From a virus (taxonomy: Duplodnaviria; Caudoviricetes), in the IMG/VR virus record IMGVR_UViG_3300020577_009596, positions 1-64,000 of that record: 64,000 nt of DNA. One strand, given 5' to 3'. The position numbers and the translations under genes are program-made. Numbering within the stretch: the first letter of the stretch is position 1; each line of letters opens with the position of its first letter. This document shows positions 18,862-27,947 of this stretch, piece by piece. The notes under the pieces were generated by a model. It was not told where the DNA came from and did not search any database. It worked only from the letters and a program-made list of their open reading frames with translations.

Positions 18862-19506
18862 TCACCCCACCGTCGTCGTGTAGTAGCCGGACGTCCGACC
18901 CACCCATCCCGACTGCAGCATCCGCTCGAAGTCGTAGCTGTACCGGTCGAGGTACTCCCCGGCCCGCTTGGCGAGGGCCAGCTCACCCCTGAGGTGGTCC
19001 TGCTGCGTCGTCAGGTTCTCGACGTGGGTGCGAGCCGCCGAGCCGACCAGGTTCTCGCCCTCTCCGACCCTGAGCCTGCCCGTCGCCTCCGCGTAGAACG
19101 CGAGGACCCTCTCGATCTTCTTGAGCGTCTTCTCCCGCTGGCCCCTGGCGTCCCGGAGCCACTCCCTCATGTGCCGGACGACGTCGACCGACTGGGCTCG
19201 CTGCCCCTGCTCGACGAGCTGGTCCACGACCTGGCTCAGGCACGCGCTGAGGACGGGGACGAGGTCCGCGTCGGGGTGCTGGGTCGCCCGCGGCTGACTC
19301 GCGTCGCCCGTCTCGTCGTACCGGCGTCGGCGGTCCGGGTCGCGAAGGAGGTCGTACGCCCGCTGGACCGCCTCGAACCGGGCCGCGGCCTCGGGGTCGC
19401 CGGGGTTCCGGTCGGGGTGGCTCGCCATCGCCAGCCGACGATACGCTTTGGTGATCGTTTTGAGCGAGGCGTTGCGGCGGACCTCGAGGGTCTCGTACGG
19501 ATTCAT
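18862..19506 (-). CDS. J-domain (DnaJ-like) protein
   Basis: NPYETLEV...KAYRRLA..HPDRNPGD..RRRYD. Confidence 0.9.
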   Translation of the reverse strand: MNPYETLEVRRNASLKTITKAYRRLAMASHPDRNPGDPEAAARFEAVQRAYDLLRDPDRRRRYDETGDASQPRATQHPDADLVPVLSACLSQVVDQLVEQGQRAQSVDVVRHMREWLRDARGQREKTLKKIERVLAFYAEATGRLRVGEGENLVGSAARTHVENLTTQQDHLRGELALAKRAGEYLDRYSYDFERMLQSGWVGRTSGYYTTTVG

Positions 19507-19520
19507 GTGAGGAGTATAAC

Positions 19521-20189
19521 CTATTCGGTCAGCGGGTCGGGGACGAGACGACGCTGCAGGCGACGGACGGCCTGGTTGATCAGCTGCCGGATCCGCTCCG
19601 AGCTGACCCCGAGGCGGTCGCCGATCTGCCTGTAGGTGAGCCGGTCGTGGAAGGACTGACGCACGGCCTCGTACTCGCGAGGAGGCAGGACCGACCGTAC
19701 TCGCTCCCACAGGTCTGAGTCCGGCCTCCTCCGGTCGGGCTCGTCTCCGACCGTGGTCGGGTCGGGGAAGGAGTCGAGCAGACCGTCGGTCTCGCGGCCG
19801 TGGGCGTACGACGTCTCGTAGTTGACGTAAGGGAGCGGCCTCGCTCGAGCGTCCGCCTCGCCCGGAATAAACTTCTCCCTCGGGAACCGTCTCCGCAGAG
19901 GCCCGAGTCGCTGGTCCTCCTCGTGGATCAGGTCCCGGATGCGGTTCTCGGACCACCACCTCGCGTAGGTGCTGAACTTGATCCCGCGACGGACGTCGAA
20001 CAGCCGGACCGCCTCGACGAACCCGAGACAGGCCGCCGCGAACACGTCGTCGTACGGGATGCGGCGGTTCCGTCGGTGCCACTTCCCGGCGATGATGTGG
20101 AGGAGCGGCCAGTTCGTCCGCACCTCGCGGTCGAGGTCCTCGGGAGTCAGGCGGTGCTCTACCGGAACGTCGGGCAGCTTCTCAGCCAT
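19521..20189 (-). CDS. Sigma-70 family sigma factor
   Basis: AVRLFDVRRGIKFSTYARWW (region 2); TYRQIGDRLGVSSERIRQ (region 4). Confidence 0.9.
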   Translation of the reverse strand: MAEKLPDVPVEHRLTPEDLDREVRTNWPLLHIIAGKWHRRNRRIPYDDVFAAACLGFVEAVRLFDVRRGIKFSTYARWWSENRIRDLIHEEDQRLGPLRRRFPREKFIPGEADARARPLPYVNYETSYAHGRETDGLLDSFPDPTTVGDEPDRRRPDSDLWERVRSVLPPREYEAVRQSFHDRLTYRQIGDRLGVSSERIRQLINQAVRRLQRRLVPDPLTE

Positions 20190-20781
20190 CGGCGAACTCC
20201 GCGAGGGCGGGCCGCAGCTTCTCGACGGCCGACTGGTGGAGCAGCCACGCCCGCTCCTTGGAGACGCCCATCGCCCGGCCCGCGGCCGAGAACGGCATCC
20301 CCTCGAGGTAGACCCGGCGGAGGATCCAGTACTCCCGGTGGCTCAGCACCCGCTCGGCGACCGACCAGACCTCCTCCGCCTCCCGCTCCGTCAGGGCCGG
20401 ACAGTCCACGGCCAGCACGTCCGGCTCGTCGCTCCCGTCCGGGACGAGGCCGTCCTCGACCAGCGAGTAGGTCCGCCCGTCCCGCCCGAGACGCCTCTGG
20501 TAGTTGACGAGCGCGTTGTGGACCGCCCGGCCGAGGTACGCCCCGAACGAGTAGGGTCGGCCGGACGCGGGGTTGATCTTGCGGGGGTCGTAGCCGCGGG
20601 CCGCCGCGACCAGGGCCTCGAACCCGGCGAGGTCGAGCTCCCGACGATTACGGACGAGGGCGTTGTGTCTCCTGCAGAACTTGGAGACGAGCTTGCGGAC
20701 GAGGGCGTTGTGCCTGCGGTACAGGTCCTCGACCCGGTCCCGCTGCTCGGCGGTGAGGGGTCGCGGGGCGGCGACGGGCAT
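20182..20781 (-). CDS. Sigma-70 family sigma factor (second paralogue)
   Basis: ALVAAARGYDP...SFGAY; FSAAGRAMGVSKERAW. Confidence 0.85.
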   Translation of the reverse strand: MPVAAPRPLTAEQRDRVEDLYRRHNALVRKLVSKFCRRHNALVRNRRELDLAGFEALVAAARGYDPRKINPASGRPYSFGAYLGRAVHNALVNYQRRLGRDGRTYSLVEDGLVPDGSDEPDVLAVDCPALTEREAEEVWSVAERVLSHREYWILRRVYLEGMPFSAAGRAMGVSKERAWLLHQSAVEKLRPALAEFADG

Positions 20782-20811
20782 GGCGACGGGTCCCTGGAGT
20801 TGGTCGATCGG

Positions 20812-22191
20812 TCACCGACGGCAGGCTGCGAGCGACTCCCGCATCCTGCGGATCCCCGGACCGAACCGGCCGCCGAGGAAGTCGCCCTCCGGCACGGCGT
20901 TCATCGGTCCCTGGATCCGACCGTCGGGGTTCTTCGGGTAGCTGTACGGCATCTGGTTCGCCGCGGTCCGCTCCTGAAGGTGCTGCCGGAGCCACAGCTG
21001 GCGGAGCGTGTCGTTGAGCGATGAGCTGGGGTCGATCGGTCCGGGACGCTCGGCGAACGAGTCGTATGTGTCCAGCGGCTGGGGCTGACCGGCCAGGGGC
21101 GGGATCTCGCCGGTCGGCTGGCCCATGAACGACGGGCAGTAGGGGGACGGCGGGCGGCAGCTGGCGAGGGCCTCCCTCATGCCGGCACACGGGTCGGTCA
21201 TGACGTCGCGGGGCAGGGCCGGAGGGATCGTGTCGCCGGGATACTCGACCCTCGGGAGCGGAGAAGCCGCCTCGTACCGCGAGTTCTGGGTCGGCGACTG
21301 GAGACTCTTCGAGTGCCGGGCAGCCAGCATGTCAATCGCGTCCGCTCTCTTCTCGACTCTGGTAGCCACTCGGTTCCCCTCGGGGTCCAATACTACCCAG
21401 CCCTCCTTCTGAGTTATCTGGTTGGCTCCGTTGACGGTCTTGAATCCCGTGTATCTCTCCTTGACCAGTCTGCCGATCGGCTTCCCGTCGTGCGACACAT
21501 CGAATCCACCGTCCCCCGCGGGGGTCAGCTTGGAGGACGCGGCGATCGCCATCGGGGACTTCGGGTCCTTGAGCATCTTGAGTCGGTCCTGCTCCTTCAC
21601 AAGCGGGGCGATGATTTTCATCCTCGCCTTGACCACCTTTGCCGAGTTGCCCTTGCCGTCGTTGACGATCTGCATGATCCTTTGATTGATAGCCTCGATC
21701 TGCGAGTCCACAGAACCGGAGGAGTCTCCAGTATGCGGCGTGGAAGCGGACGACCCTTGACCCTTACCGTTGTCTGACGACCCGCCAGAGCCGCTTCCGC
21801 TCGTGAACTGACCACCGCCCGGTCCTGACTCCTTGTGCTCGTGGCCTGACGAGTCGGTCACGTACATCTGAGGACCCCCGCAAGCCGCGAGCGTCTCCCG
21901 CATTCCGGCACAGGGGTCCGGCGGGGCGGCGAAGTTGGCCTCGATCGCCCGGCCCTCCGGGTACGAGCCGACGCTGTATTGCGGGCTCTGAGGCGGGGTG
22001 CCGACGTTGCCGCCCTCGAACGGGTTCTCGCCGTAGGGGGCCGGGGGCTGCGGGGGGTGACGGTCGATCGGGTTGCACCGGTTGAGTGCCCGCGTCAGCC
22101 GCTTCATCTGGAAGGCGGAGGCGAGGTCCCCGGCGACGGCGGAGGCCTCGGACAGGTGCATCTTGGCTGCGTTCAGGTGGGCGTCGGACAC
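20812..22191 (-). CDS. Pro-rich repeat protein carrying a GHEHK-tag/TQNS cargo module
   Basis: Three MRE(T/A/S)LA(A/S)C repeats; YVTDSSGHEHKESGPGGGQFT and SPTQNSRY shared with the portal fusion. Confidence 0.7.
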   Translation of the reverse strand: MSDAHLNAAKMHLSEASAVAGDLASAFQMKRLTRALNRCNPIDRHPPQPPAPYGENPFEGGNVGTPPQSPQYSVGSYPEGRAIEANFAAPPDPCAGMRETLAACGGPQMYVTDSSGHEHKESGPGGGQFTSGSGSGGSSDNGKGQGSSASTPHTGDSSGSVDSQIEAINQRIMQIVNDGKGNSAKVVKARMKIIAPLVKEQDRLKMLKDPKSPMAIAASSKLTPAGDGGFDVSHDGKPIGRLVKERYTGFKTVNGANQITQKEGWVVLDPEGNRVATRVEKRADAIDMLAARHSKSLQSPTQNSRYEAASPLPRVEYPGDTIPPALPRDVMTDPCAGMREALASCRPPSPYCPSFMGQPTGEIPPLAGQPQPLDTYDSFAERPGPIDPSSSLNDTLRQLWLRQHLQERTAANQMPYSYPKNPDGRIQGPMNAVPEGDFLGGRFGPGIRRMRESLAACRR

Positions 22192-22222
22192 GGCTGGGCT
22201 CCTCGCTGGGGGTACGCCTATC

Positions 22223-22831
22223 CTAACCCTCGCCGGACGGTCGGGCTAGGGCGGCTCCTTTCAAAGCGGCAAGTTCGGCTTCGAGTGTCGCGATGCACGG
22301 GTGCGTTTCCTCGGCGTCTTCCTTGCGATACTCGGGCCTCAACTTGATTTCGTAATCGTCTCGCAGGTCGTGGATGGTGCCGCAGTGACAGCACTTGACG
22401 CAATCAATATCGACGCCCGTGAGGTCGTTTGTGTCGCCGTTGCTCCACATGATCCTCTTTCCGCACGCGGTGCATCGCCATTCGCACCATGTATTGCCGT
22501 CGGGATGCTGGATATGAGCCTGCTTCTCTTGCATCCGGTTCACCCACGCCTTGAGCATGTCGTGCTCGGTCATGCTCTGGAGCCGCTTCACCTCAGCCTC
22601 CAACGCCGCCACGCGGTCAGCCGCGTCCAGCAACGCAAGGCACGTCTCACGGTCGAACGCGGCGATGTAAGCAGCGTCCTCGTCAGGAAGCCCCTCGCAC
22701 AAATACAGGTTCAGCGGCATCAACCACGACTCGTACTCGTCGGCGATGTCTCGCCGCAACTGAATGTGTCGCGGTCCCGGCGTCGCCGCCTCCGCAATCC
22801 GCCGCAACTCCGCACGTCGCTCCTCGTTCAT
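22223..22831 (-). CDS. Ead/Ea22-like protein with Zn-ribbon
   Basis: ELRRIAEAATPGP...DAAYIAAFDRETCLALLD; CTAC/CCHC. Confidence 0.65.
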   Translation of the reverse strand: MNEERRAELRRIAEAATPGPRHIQLRRDIADEYESWLMPLNLYLCEGLPDEDAAYIAAFDRETCLALLDAADRVAALEAEVKRLQSMTEHDMLKAWVNRMQEKQAHIQHPDGNTWCEWRCTACGKRIMWSNGDTNDLTGVDIDCVKCCHCGTIHDLRDDYEIKLRPEYRKEDAEETHPCIATLEAELAALKGAALARPSGEG

Positions 22832-23217
22832 CGCGTCACCTCGTTCAAGAACTCCTCGACAGCCCGAATCGCCGCCTCGACCTCGGGGGTGAACTCCTCC
22901 TTGGCCTCGACGATCCTGGTCTGGAGCACTCGCAGGCTGCCCCCTGAGACCGCCTCGACCCGCACCGCGACCGGCATCTCGACCAGAGGCTTGACCTCCT
23001 CGCCACCCTTGTCGTGACGGGTCTCGTGGGCCAGCCTCCAACGACCGTCGACCTTCGCGAGGCCGATCGAGAACGTCCTCCACCCTTCATACCGGTATGA
23101 CACCCAGACGTCGTGAGGCGGCCTCATCGCCTTGAGCCTCGCCTCCGCCAGAGCGATCGCCTGGTTCAGGGCGTCGAACCGCCTCGCCAGGGTCGCGTCG
23201 ATCTCCTTCTTAGTCAC
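22828..23217 (-). CDS. Hypothetical protein (paralogue-like to 58134..58469)
   Basis: GLAKVDGRWRL..KPLVE versus GYRRVGSRWRI..RPLSD. Confidence 0.55.
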   Translation of the reverse strand: MTKKEIDATLARRFDALNQAIALAEARLKAMRPPHDVWVSYRYEGWRTFSIGLAKVDGRWRLAHETRHDKGGEEVKPLVEMPVAVRVEAVSGGSLRVLQTRIVEAKEEFTPEVEAAIRAVEEFLNEVTR

Positions 23218-23432
23218 GACCCGTCCCTCCCGTTCACGCCGAAGTTGACCGGCTCGTGCCTCTTGTTGACGTGAGCCTTGCAGCCCTCGGTCGGGCACAG
23301 GAGGTAGCCCACGGAGCACGGCCGGTCGTCGTAGGTCAGCTCCTCCGGCTCGACCTCGATCACGCAACCACAGACGTGACACTCGAGAGTCAGGGTCCGC
23401 GGCTTGACCTTGCCGTTCTTGATGATCTTCAC
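23214..23432 (-). CDS. Small Zn-ribbon protein
   Basis: MKIIKNG...CHVCGC...CPTEGC. Confidence 0.6.
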   Translation of the reverse strand: MKIIKNGKVKPRTLTLECHVCGCVIEVEPEELTYDDRPCSVGYLLCPTEGCKAHVNKRHEPVNFGVNGRDGS

Positions 23433-23578
23433 GACTTCCTCCTCCAGTACCACTTCTTCTCGAGCGTGACCGCGTCGACCAGCTCGGTCAGGCCTCAGCC
23501 CGCGAACGTACATGAGGTCGGCCTGGCTCAGCCGTCCGGAGCGGAACAGGGCCAGGACCTCGGGTCGGGCTCGACGTC

Positions 23579-24436
23579 TCATCTCTGCGACTCCTCTGCC
23601 CTCGGGCTCGATAGTAACTCTCGCCGCTCGGCCTCCCGACGGAGGACGTAGGCGGCCCCGACCCGCCACCCCGGCGTCCGTTCGCACATCGCGACGGCGT
23701 TGAGCAGGTGGCCGTCCCCCATCTCGCTGACGAACGTCCGGCGGCCGTCGCGGCACTCCCACCGGGCGTCGAGAAGGACGTCGTCGGGGAGGTACCCGGC
23801 CTCGACCCGCTCCTCGACGGAGTCCCACGCCCCCGTCAGGACGATCCGGGTCACGGGGTGCAGGCGGCAGACCTCGCGGACCCAGAGGTCGTCGTCGAGG
23901 ATGATCACCCCGAGAGTCGAGACCAGCCCTCGAGAGACGATCGCCCTCAGGCCCGGCCGGTACTCCAACCCGACGTCGGTCACGTCCAGCTGCTCGGGGA
24001 CCGCCTCGCGGACGACCTCGCCCTCCCGCCACAGCTGCCTCGTCCGCTCCCGCAGCTCCCTCCGGCGGACGCGGTCCCGACTGCTCTTGAGGCCGTCCTT
24101 GATCACCCGGCCCTCGACCTCGAGGATTCTCGGCGACGCGGTCAGGACCTCGATCGTGAGGGTCCGGCCGCTGTCGTAGTGGACGTCGACCTCCTCGCCC
24201 GCCTCGACCCGTCGCTTGGTCCGGAACCGGATCAGGTGGCCGACCTTACTCTCAGGACGCCAGCGGAGGTCCAGAGCCCTCGCCTGGGGCAGCCGGGCCA
24301 TCTCGACCTGAGCCCGCACGAACTCGGCGTAGAGAGCTCGGCCCCCGTCCTCGTGCCAGTCGGCCCAGATCAGCCGAGGGGTGTCGTCGCTCGGGGCCTC
24401 GCGGATCGCGGCGAGGAGGGCGGCTCGGTCGGTCAC
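23579..24436 (-). CDS. TIGR02996-domain protein
   Basis: DRAALLAAIREAPSDDTPRLIWADWHEDGG..AEFVRAQVE. Confidence 0.85.
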   Translation of the reverse strand: MTDRAALLAAIREAPSDDTPRLIWADWHEDGGRALYAEFVRAQVEMARLPQARALDLRWRPESKVGHLIRFRTKRRVEAGEEVDVHYDSGRTLTIEVLTASPRILEVEGRVIKDGLKSSRDRVRRRELRERTRQLWREGEVVREAVPEQLDVTDVGLEYRPGLRAIVSRGLVSTLGVIILDDDLWVREVCRLHPVTRIVLTGAWDSVEERVEAGYLPDDVLLDARWECRDGRRTFVSEMGDGHLLNAVAMCERTPGWRVGAAYVLRREAERRELLSSPRAEESQR

Positions 24437-24605
24437 GACGCCCTCCTCTGGCCGTGGATCCGGCCCTCGTGAGTCACGAACATGGGGCGGGGCGGTCGGC
24501 CCCGGTAGAACGACTTGACGAGCAGGACCAGCCCCTCGTCGACGTGGTCGACCCGCCAGCCGTGGTCCTGGGCGCGGCGGATGACCTCGAGCAGCCTCGC
24601 GTTCA

Positions 24606-24890
24606 TCACTTGCCTCCCGTCTTGCGGCGAGTCCCGACCGGGACCATCTTTGATCGGGCGTCGGTTCCGGTCTCGTTGCGGCTCGTCTCGGCGAGGGCGG
24701 CGATCCCCTCCTCGGTCGGGACGTAGACCTGATCAAGGCCCTCGGCCTTCAGCGAGGCGTACCCGAGACGGCACAGCCCCTGAAGGGCGACGTGATAGCG
24801 ACCCCCGAGGCTGACCTTGCTCTTCGGCACCCGGCCGTGAGCGATCAGGATCCCGAGGAAGTTCGACTCCGTGACGTTCATCTTCGGCAT
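24606..24890 (-). CDS. Hypothetical, winged-helix-like
   Basis: LQGLCRLGY...YVPTEEG; follows promoter repeat. Confidence 0.55.
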   Translation of the reverse strand: MPKMNVTESNFLGILIAHGRVPKSKVSLGGRYHVALQGLCRLGYASLKAEGLDQVYVPTEEGIAALAETSRNETGTDARSKMVPVGTRRKTGGK

Positions 24891-24905
24891 GGCGTTCTCC
24901 CGTTC

Positions 24906-24946
24906 AGGTAATAAGAGTATAACCTATGAACAGCGAGAAGTAAAGC
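24906..24946 (-). promoter_or_regulatory. Phage early-type promoter repeat (TTTACT-N17-TATACT)
   Basis: GCTTTACTTC...GGTTATACTCTTA on the minus strand. Confidence 0.75.
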
Positions 24947-24953
24947 GGAATCC

Positions 24954-25154
24954 TCAAGAATCCTCGAGGTCCTCCGGAGAGTACAGCCAGTCCACGGCGT
25001 CGACCGTCCTCTGCAGGTCGGCCAGCTGCCGCTCAAGGTCCGCCTGACGGGCGAGGAGGTCTCGGTTGCCGCCCTCCCGCCCGACCCCGTACCCGTAGAG
25101 GTAACCCGCGAGCCACGCGGCGGCCCCGACCCCGAAGACCCAGTACCAGCTCAT
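24954..25154 (-). CDS. Small membrane protein
   Basis: N-terminal TM helix plus coiled coil. Confidence 0.55.
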   Translation of the reverse strand: MSWYWVFGVGAAAWLAGYLYGYGVGREGGNRDLLARQADLERQLADLQRTVDAVDWLYSPEDLEDS

Positions 25155-25217
25155 CGCTTGGCCTCCCTCGCAGCCTTGAGGTTTGCGCCGCGGCTGAGGC
25201 GACGATCTAGTTATACC

Positions 25218-25445
25218 TTAACTCCCGGCGGCGACCTTCTTCGCCTCGAGCATGGCGTCGGCTTGCCGATAGCAGTCCTCGGCCATCCGCTCCCAAGACG
25301 TGGATCCGGATCGTGCAGAGAGTCCCGCCAACGCCTGTCCTGCGAACCAGTCGCGGAGAGTCATGCCGTACTCGTACCCTGAGAGAGTATCGCCTTGATC
25401 GTTTCGGTCGATCTGTCTTGGAAATGCATACCCGCCGTCGTCCAT
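25218..25445 (-). CDS. Conserved phage protein (GGPAFP...GMTLRDWFA type)
   Basis: GGYAFP...GMTLRDWFAGQAL...YRQADAML. Confidence 0.75.
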   Translation of the reverse strand: MDDGGYAFPRQIDRNDQGDTLSGYEYGMTLRDWFAGQALAGLSARSGSTSWERMAEDCYRQADAMLEAKKVAAGS

Positions 25446-25523
25446 GTCCTTCTCCTCGGTTTGAGTCGGGAAGCCCTACCTTTCACGACCCGACGACGTA
25501 TATTAACCGCTTAAGGAGGCCCT

Positions 25524-25749
25524 ATGCGACCCAAGTCCCCGTATCCGCCGCGACGCTGCCGCCTACAAGTCCTCTTGACTGAGGAGGAGTCCGTGGCGTT
25601 CGAGAAGAAGTGCCGTGAGGAGAACACGAGCCGGGTTCGCGGACCGAACCGTACGAGGCGTTCTCGATGAACTCGGAGTCATCCGCCGTCAGGAGCGGTT
25701 CGAGGGAAAGGGAGGGATCAAGGCCCACTACTGGACCTTACCCGACTAG
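25524..25749 (+). pseudogene. Internally deleted RHH + Rep/ATPase cassette remnant
   Basis: RHH-like start RLQVLLTEEESVAFEKKC joined out of frame to a wHTH-like tail GFADRTVRGVLDELGV...HYWTLPD*. Confidence 0.55.
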
Positions 25750-25817
25750 CCTCTAAGCCGGTAAGCCTCTAATGATTTCAGGAGTTTTACTTACCGGCTT
25801 AGAGGCTTATCGGCTGA
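25748..25817. repeat. Iteron-like 8-bp units in an 18-bp inverted repeat around an AT-rich spacer
   Basis: AGCCTCTAAGCCGGTAAG (25748-25765) / CTTACCGGCTTAGAGGCT (25790-25807). Confidence 0.8.
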
Positions 25818-25947
25818 CGATAATCGCAGAAGTGCTAGGACGACTTCACTTCCGGTCAGTCACGTCCCCTCCTCGCGTCACGGGCGACCGGGGCAGTACC
25901 AGCCTGCCGTCTCGCCCCTGTTTCCGTTGGACGAATCGGGCTCGTCT

Positions 25948-26235
25948 TCACTCGTCGTCATAACCGGTCGCCTTCTGGATCTCCTCGACGCTCCAGTTCT
26001 TCAGCACCGTCCTGAAGGTCGACTGGGCGATCTCCCTCGCCGCCGCCCGCTTCTCAGCCAGCACCCTCTCGGCCTGCTTGATCTCCTTGAGGGCGGTGGC
26101 GTGCTTGGCGACGACCACTCGTAGGCCGTTCTCGGGGAGGTCGAGCAGTCGCTTCATCAGCTCGCCGGAGAACTCCGGGTCGCCGAGAGTGCTGCCGAAC
26201 TCCATCAGCCCTTTGGGAAGGTCCTTATCGGTCAT
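25948..26235 (-). CDS. Hypothetical protein
   Basis: ORF directly downstream of promoter repeat. Confidence 0.6.
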   Translation of the reverse strand: MTDKDLPKGLMEFGSTLGDPEFSGELMKRLLDLPENGLRVVVAKHATALKEIKQAERVLAEKRAAAREIAQSTFRTVLKNWSVEEIQKATGYDDE

Positions 26236-26250
26236 GGCTAACTCCGGGTC

Positions 26251-26314
26251 AGGTAATAAGAGTATAACCTATTCCGAGAGGAAGTAAAGCCCGGCCGGAG
26301 GATTTTGTTCAAGA
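26251..26314 (-). promoter_or_regulatory. Phage early-type promoter repeat
   Basis: TCTTGAACAAAA...GCTTTACTTC-N-GGTTATACTCTTA, 16-nt spacer. Confidence 0.8.
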
Positions 26315-26318
26315 AAGT

Positions 26319-26630
26319 TCAGGAGGTGAGGAGGGGGCAGGTCCAGCCCGGTCGGGTCAGGCCCCAGTAGGTCGTGCCGCCCACGGTCCCGGTCGCCGCC
26401 AGGCCAAGAGTCACCAGCTCGCCCAGGACGGTCCGGAGCGTCGCCAGGTCCACCCCGTTCGGGTAGGTCGCCGAGGGCACGACCCGGAAGTACCCCGCCC
26501 AGGTCGTGGCGACGCCCACCTGGCCCTGGATCGCGTCGAGGGTCGCGCAACGCTGGTTCCCCACCGCGCCGGTGAGGGCGGACAGGGCGGCCTGCTGCCG
26601 GTACGTCAGCTCGCCTTGGCTCTCAGGCAT
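26319..26630 (-). CDS. Hypothetical, winged-helix-like
   Basis: LGELVTLGLA...YWGLT; coupled to terS. Confidence 0.5.
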   Translation of the reverse strand: MPESQGELTYRQQAALSALTGAVGNQRCATLDAIQGQVGVATTWAGYFRVVPSATYPNGVDLATLRTVLGELVTLGLAATGTVGGTTYWGLTRPGWTCPLLTS

Positions 26631-27316
26631 CACTTGGTCTCCTTGCTCCCCTTGCGGGCCATCGCCTCCCGGACCTCGGCCCGGACGTCCTCGGGGAGCA
26701 TCGCCATCAGGGCCTCGAGCGGGGTGATCTCCGTCTCCAGCCCCAGGTGCTTCATCAGCTTGCCGAGGGCCGCGTTCTTGTCCCACAGCTTGTACCGCAG
26801 GACCGACTCCTCCGTGGTGACCCCCGTCTCCTTGTCCGTGTAGGTCCTCACCCGGCTCACGTCGACCCCGGCGATGGCCTTGCGGACCTCGACCGGGACG
26901 TCCCTCAGCTTGCGGATGTTCCCCTCGTCGTCCTGCAGCTCCTCGGGGTCCACGAAGGCGATGCGGCCGATCTCCTTGAGCACCCGGTCGGCCGTGATCT
27001 TGGTCCGCTCGCACTGGGCCTTGACATACGCCTGTATCTCGGCCTTGACCTTATCCTTCTTTAACAAGTTGCAGGCCGCCACCCCCATGGCCCCGTATGA
27101 TGTACCGCCGTACACCTTCCGGTACGCCCGGAGGCCGTTCCGATGCACGAGGAACTCGTTGACGAACAGCCTCTCCTGGACCGTCAACGGGTCCTCCTCG
27201 GGGGGAGGCGTCGCGATCGCGGTCTCGAGGGGCGGGCGGTCCTTGGTGCCCTTCTTCCGCCCGTCGGCCCTCGGATCACGCCCGCCCCTGCCCTTGTCCC
27301 TCTTGTCCTTCGCCAC
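26630..27316 (-). CDS. terS: Terminase small subunit
   Basis: LTVQERLFVNEFL..NGLRAY..NLLKK..ITADRVLKEI.RIAF.D..KLWDKNAAL. Confidence 0.9.
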   Translation of the reverse strand: MAKDKRDKGRGGRDPRADGRKKGTKDRPPLETAIATPPPEEDPLTVQERLFVNEFLVHRNGLRAYRKVYGGTSYGAMGVAACNLLKKDKVKAEIQAYVKAQCERTKITADRVLKEIGRIAFVDPEELQDDEGNIRKLRDVPVEVRKAIAGVDVSRVRTYTDKETGVTTEESVLRYKLWDKNAALGKLMKHLGLETEITPLEALMAMLPEDVRAEVREAMARKGSKETK

Positions 27317-27361
27317 GTCACACCCGCGTCAGGCACCCCTGGCTGAGGTCCTCGGCGACGG

Positions 27362-27565
27362 TCACTCACCCTCGGCGACCACTCTCCACTTGCGGGGAGC
27401 CCCGTACTCCCGGATCCACTCCCTCGCCCCCTCCAGACTGTCGAAGGAGGCCGTCGACTCGTCCATCAGCACCACGTCCCGCCACCAGGTCCACCACAGG
27501 AACCTGTCGAGGTGCTGGACGACGAACCGGCGGCCGTCGGTGACGATCCTGAACTCTCGAGCCAT
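27362..27565 (-). CDS. Hypothetical protein
   Basis: FRIV..F.VQ..FLWW.W pattern, RBS. Confidence 0.55.
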   Translation of the reverse strand: MAREFRIVTDGRRFVVQHLDRFLWWTWWRDVVLMDESTASFDSLEGAREWIREYGAPRKWRVVAEGE

Positions 27566-27575
27566 AGTCTCCCCC

Positions 27576-27788
27576 TCATCCCTTCAGACAGAACTTGTCG
27601 ACGCCCCTCCGGTCCGGCTGCTCCGTCAGGGTCCAACCCTCGGCGAGCATCCTCCCGACCTGGCTCAGCGTCTCCTCGACCATCTCGCGGTCGTCGGAAT
27701 CGTGGAGCAGGATCGTCCACTTGAGGTCGCCCCGCTCCAGCCTCCACCGCAGGTCGAGACCGAGCCTCACTCGCAACCAAGTCCACAT
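27576..27788 (-). CDS. Hypothetical protein
   Basis: ORF with GGAGG RBS. Confidence 0.5.
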   Translation of the reverse strand: MWTWLRVRLGLDLRWRLERGDLKWTILLHDSDDREMVEETLSQVGRMLAEGWTLTEQPDRRGVDKFCLKG

Positions 27789-27947
27789 CGCCCGGCCTCC
27801 TCACTCGAGTATCCACTTCCGGAAGATCACGACCCCGACCGCGGCGACCGTCGCTCCCCGAGTCGCACCACCGGGCCGCCGTTCGCGGTGCCACCCCGGT
27901 CACCCGAGCGACCGCGCCCGTCGTCAGAGGCTTGGGAGTCGTCTCGG

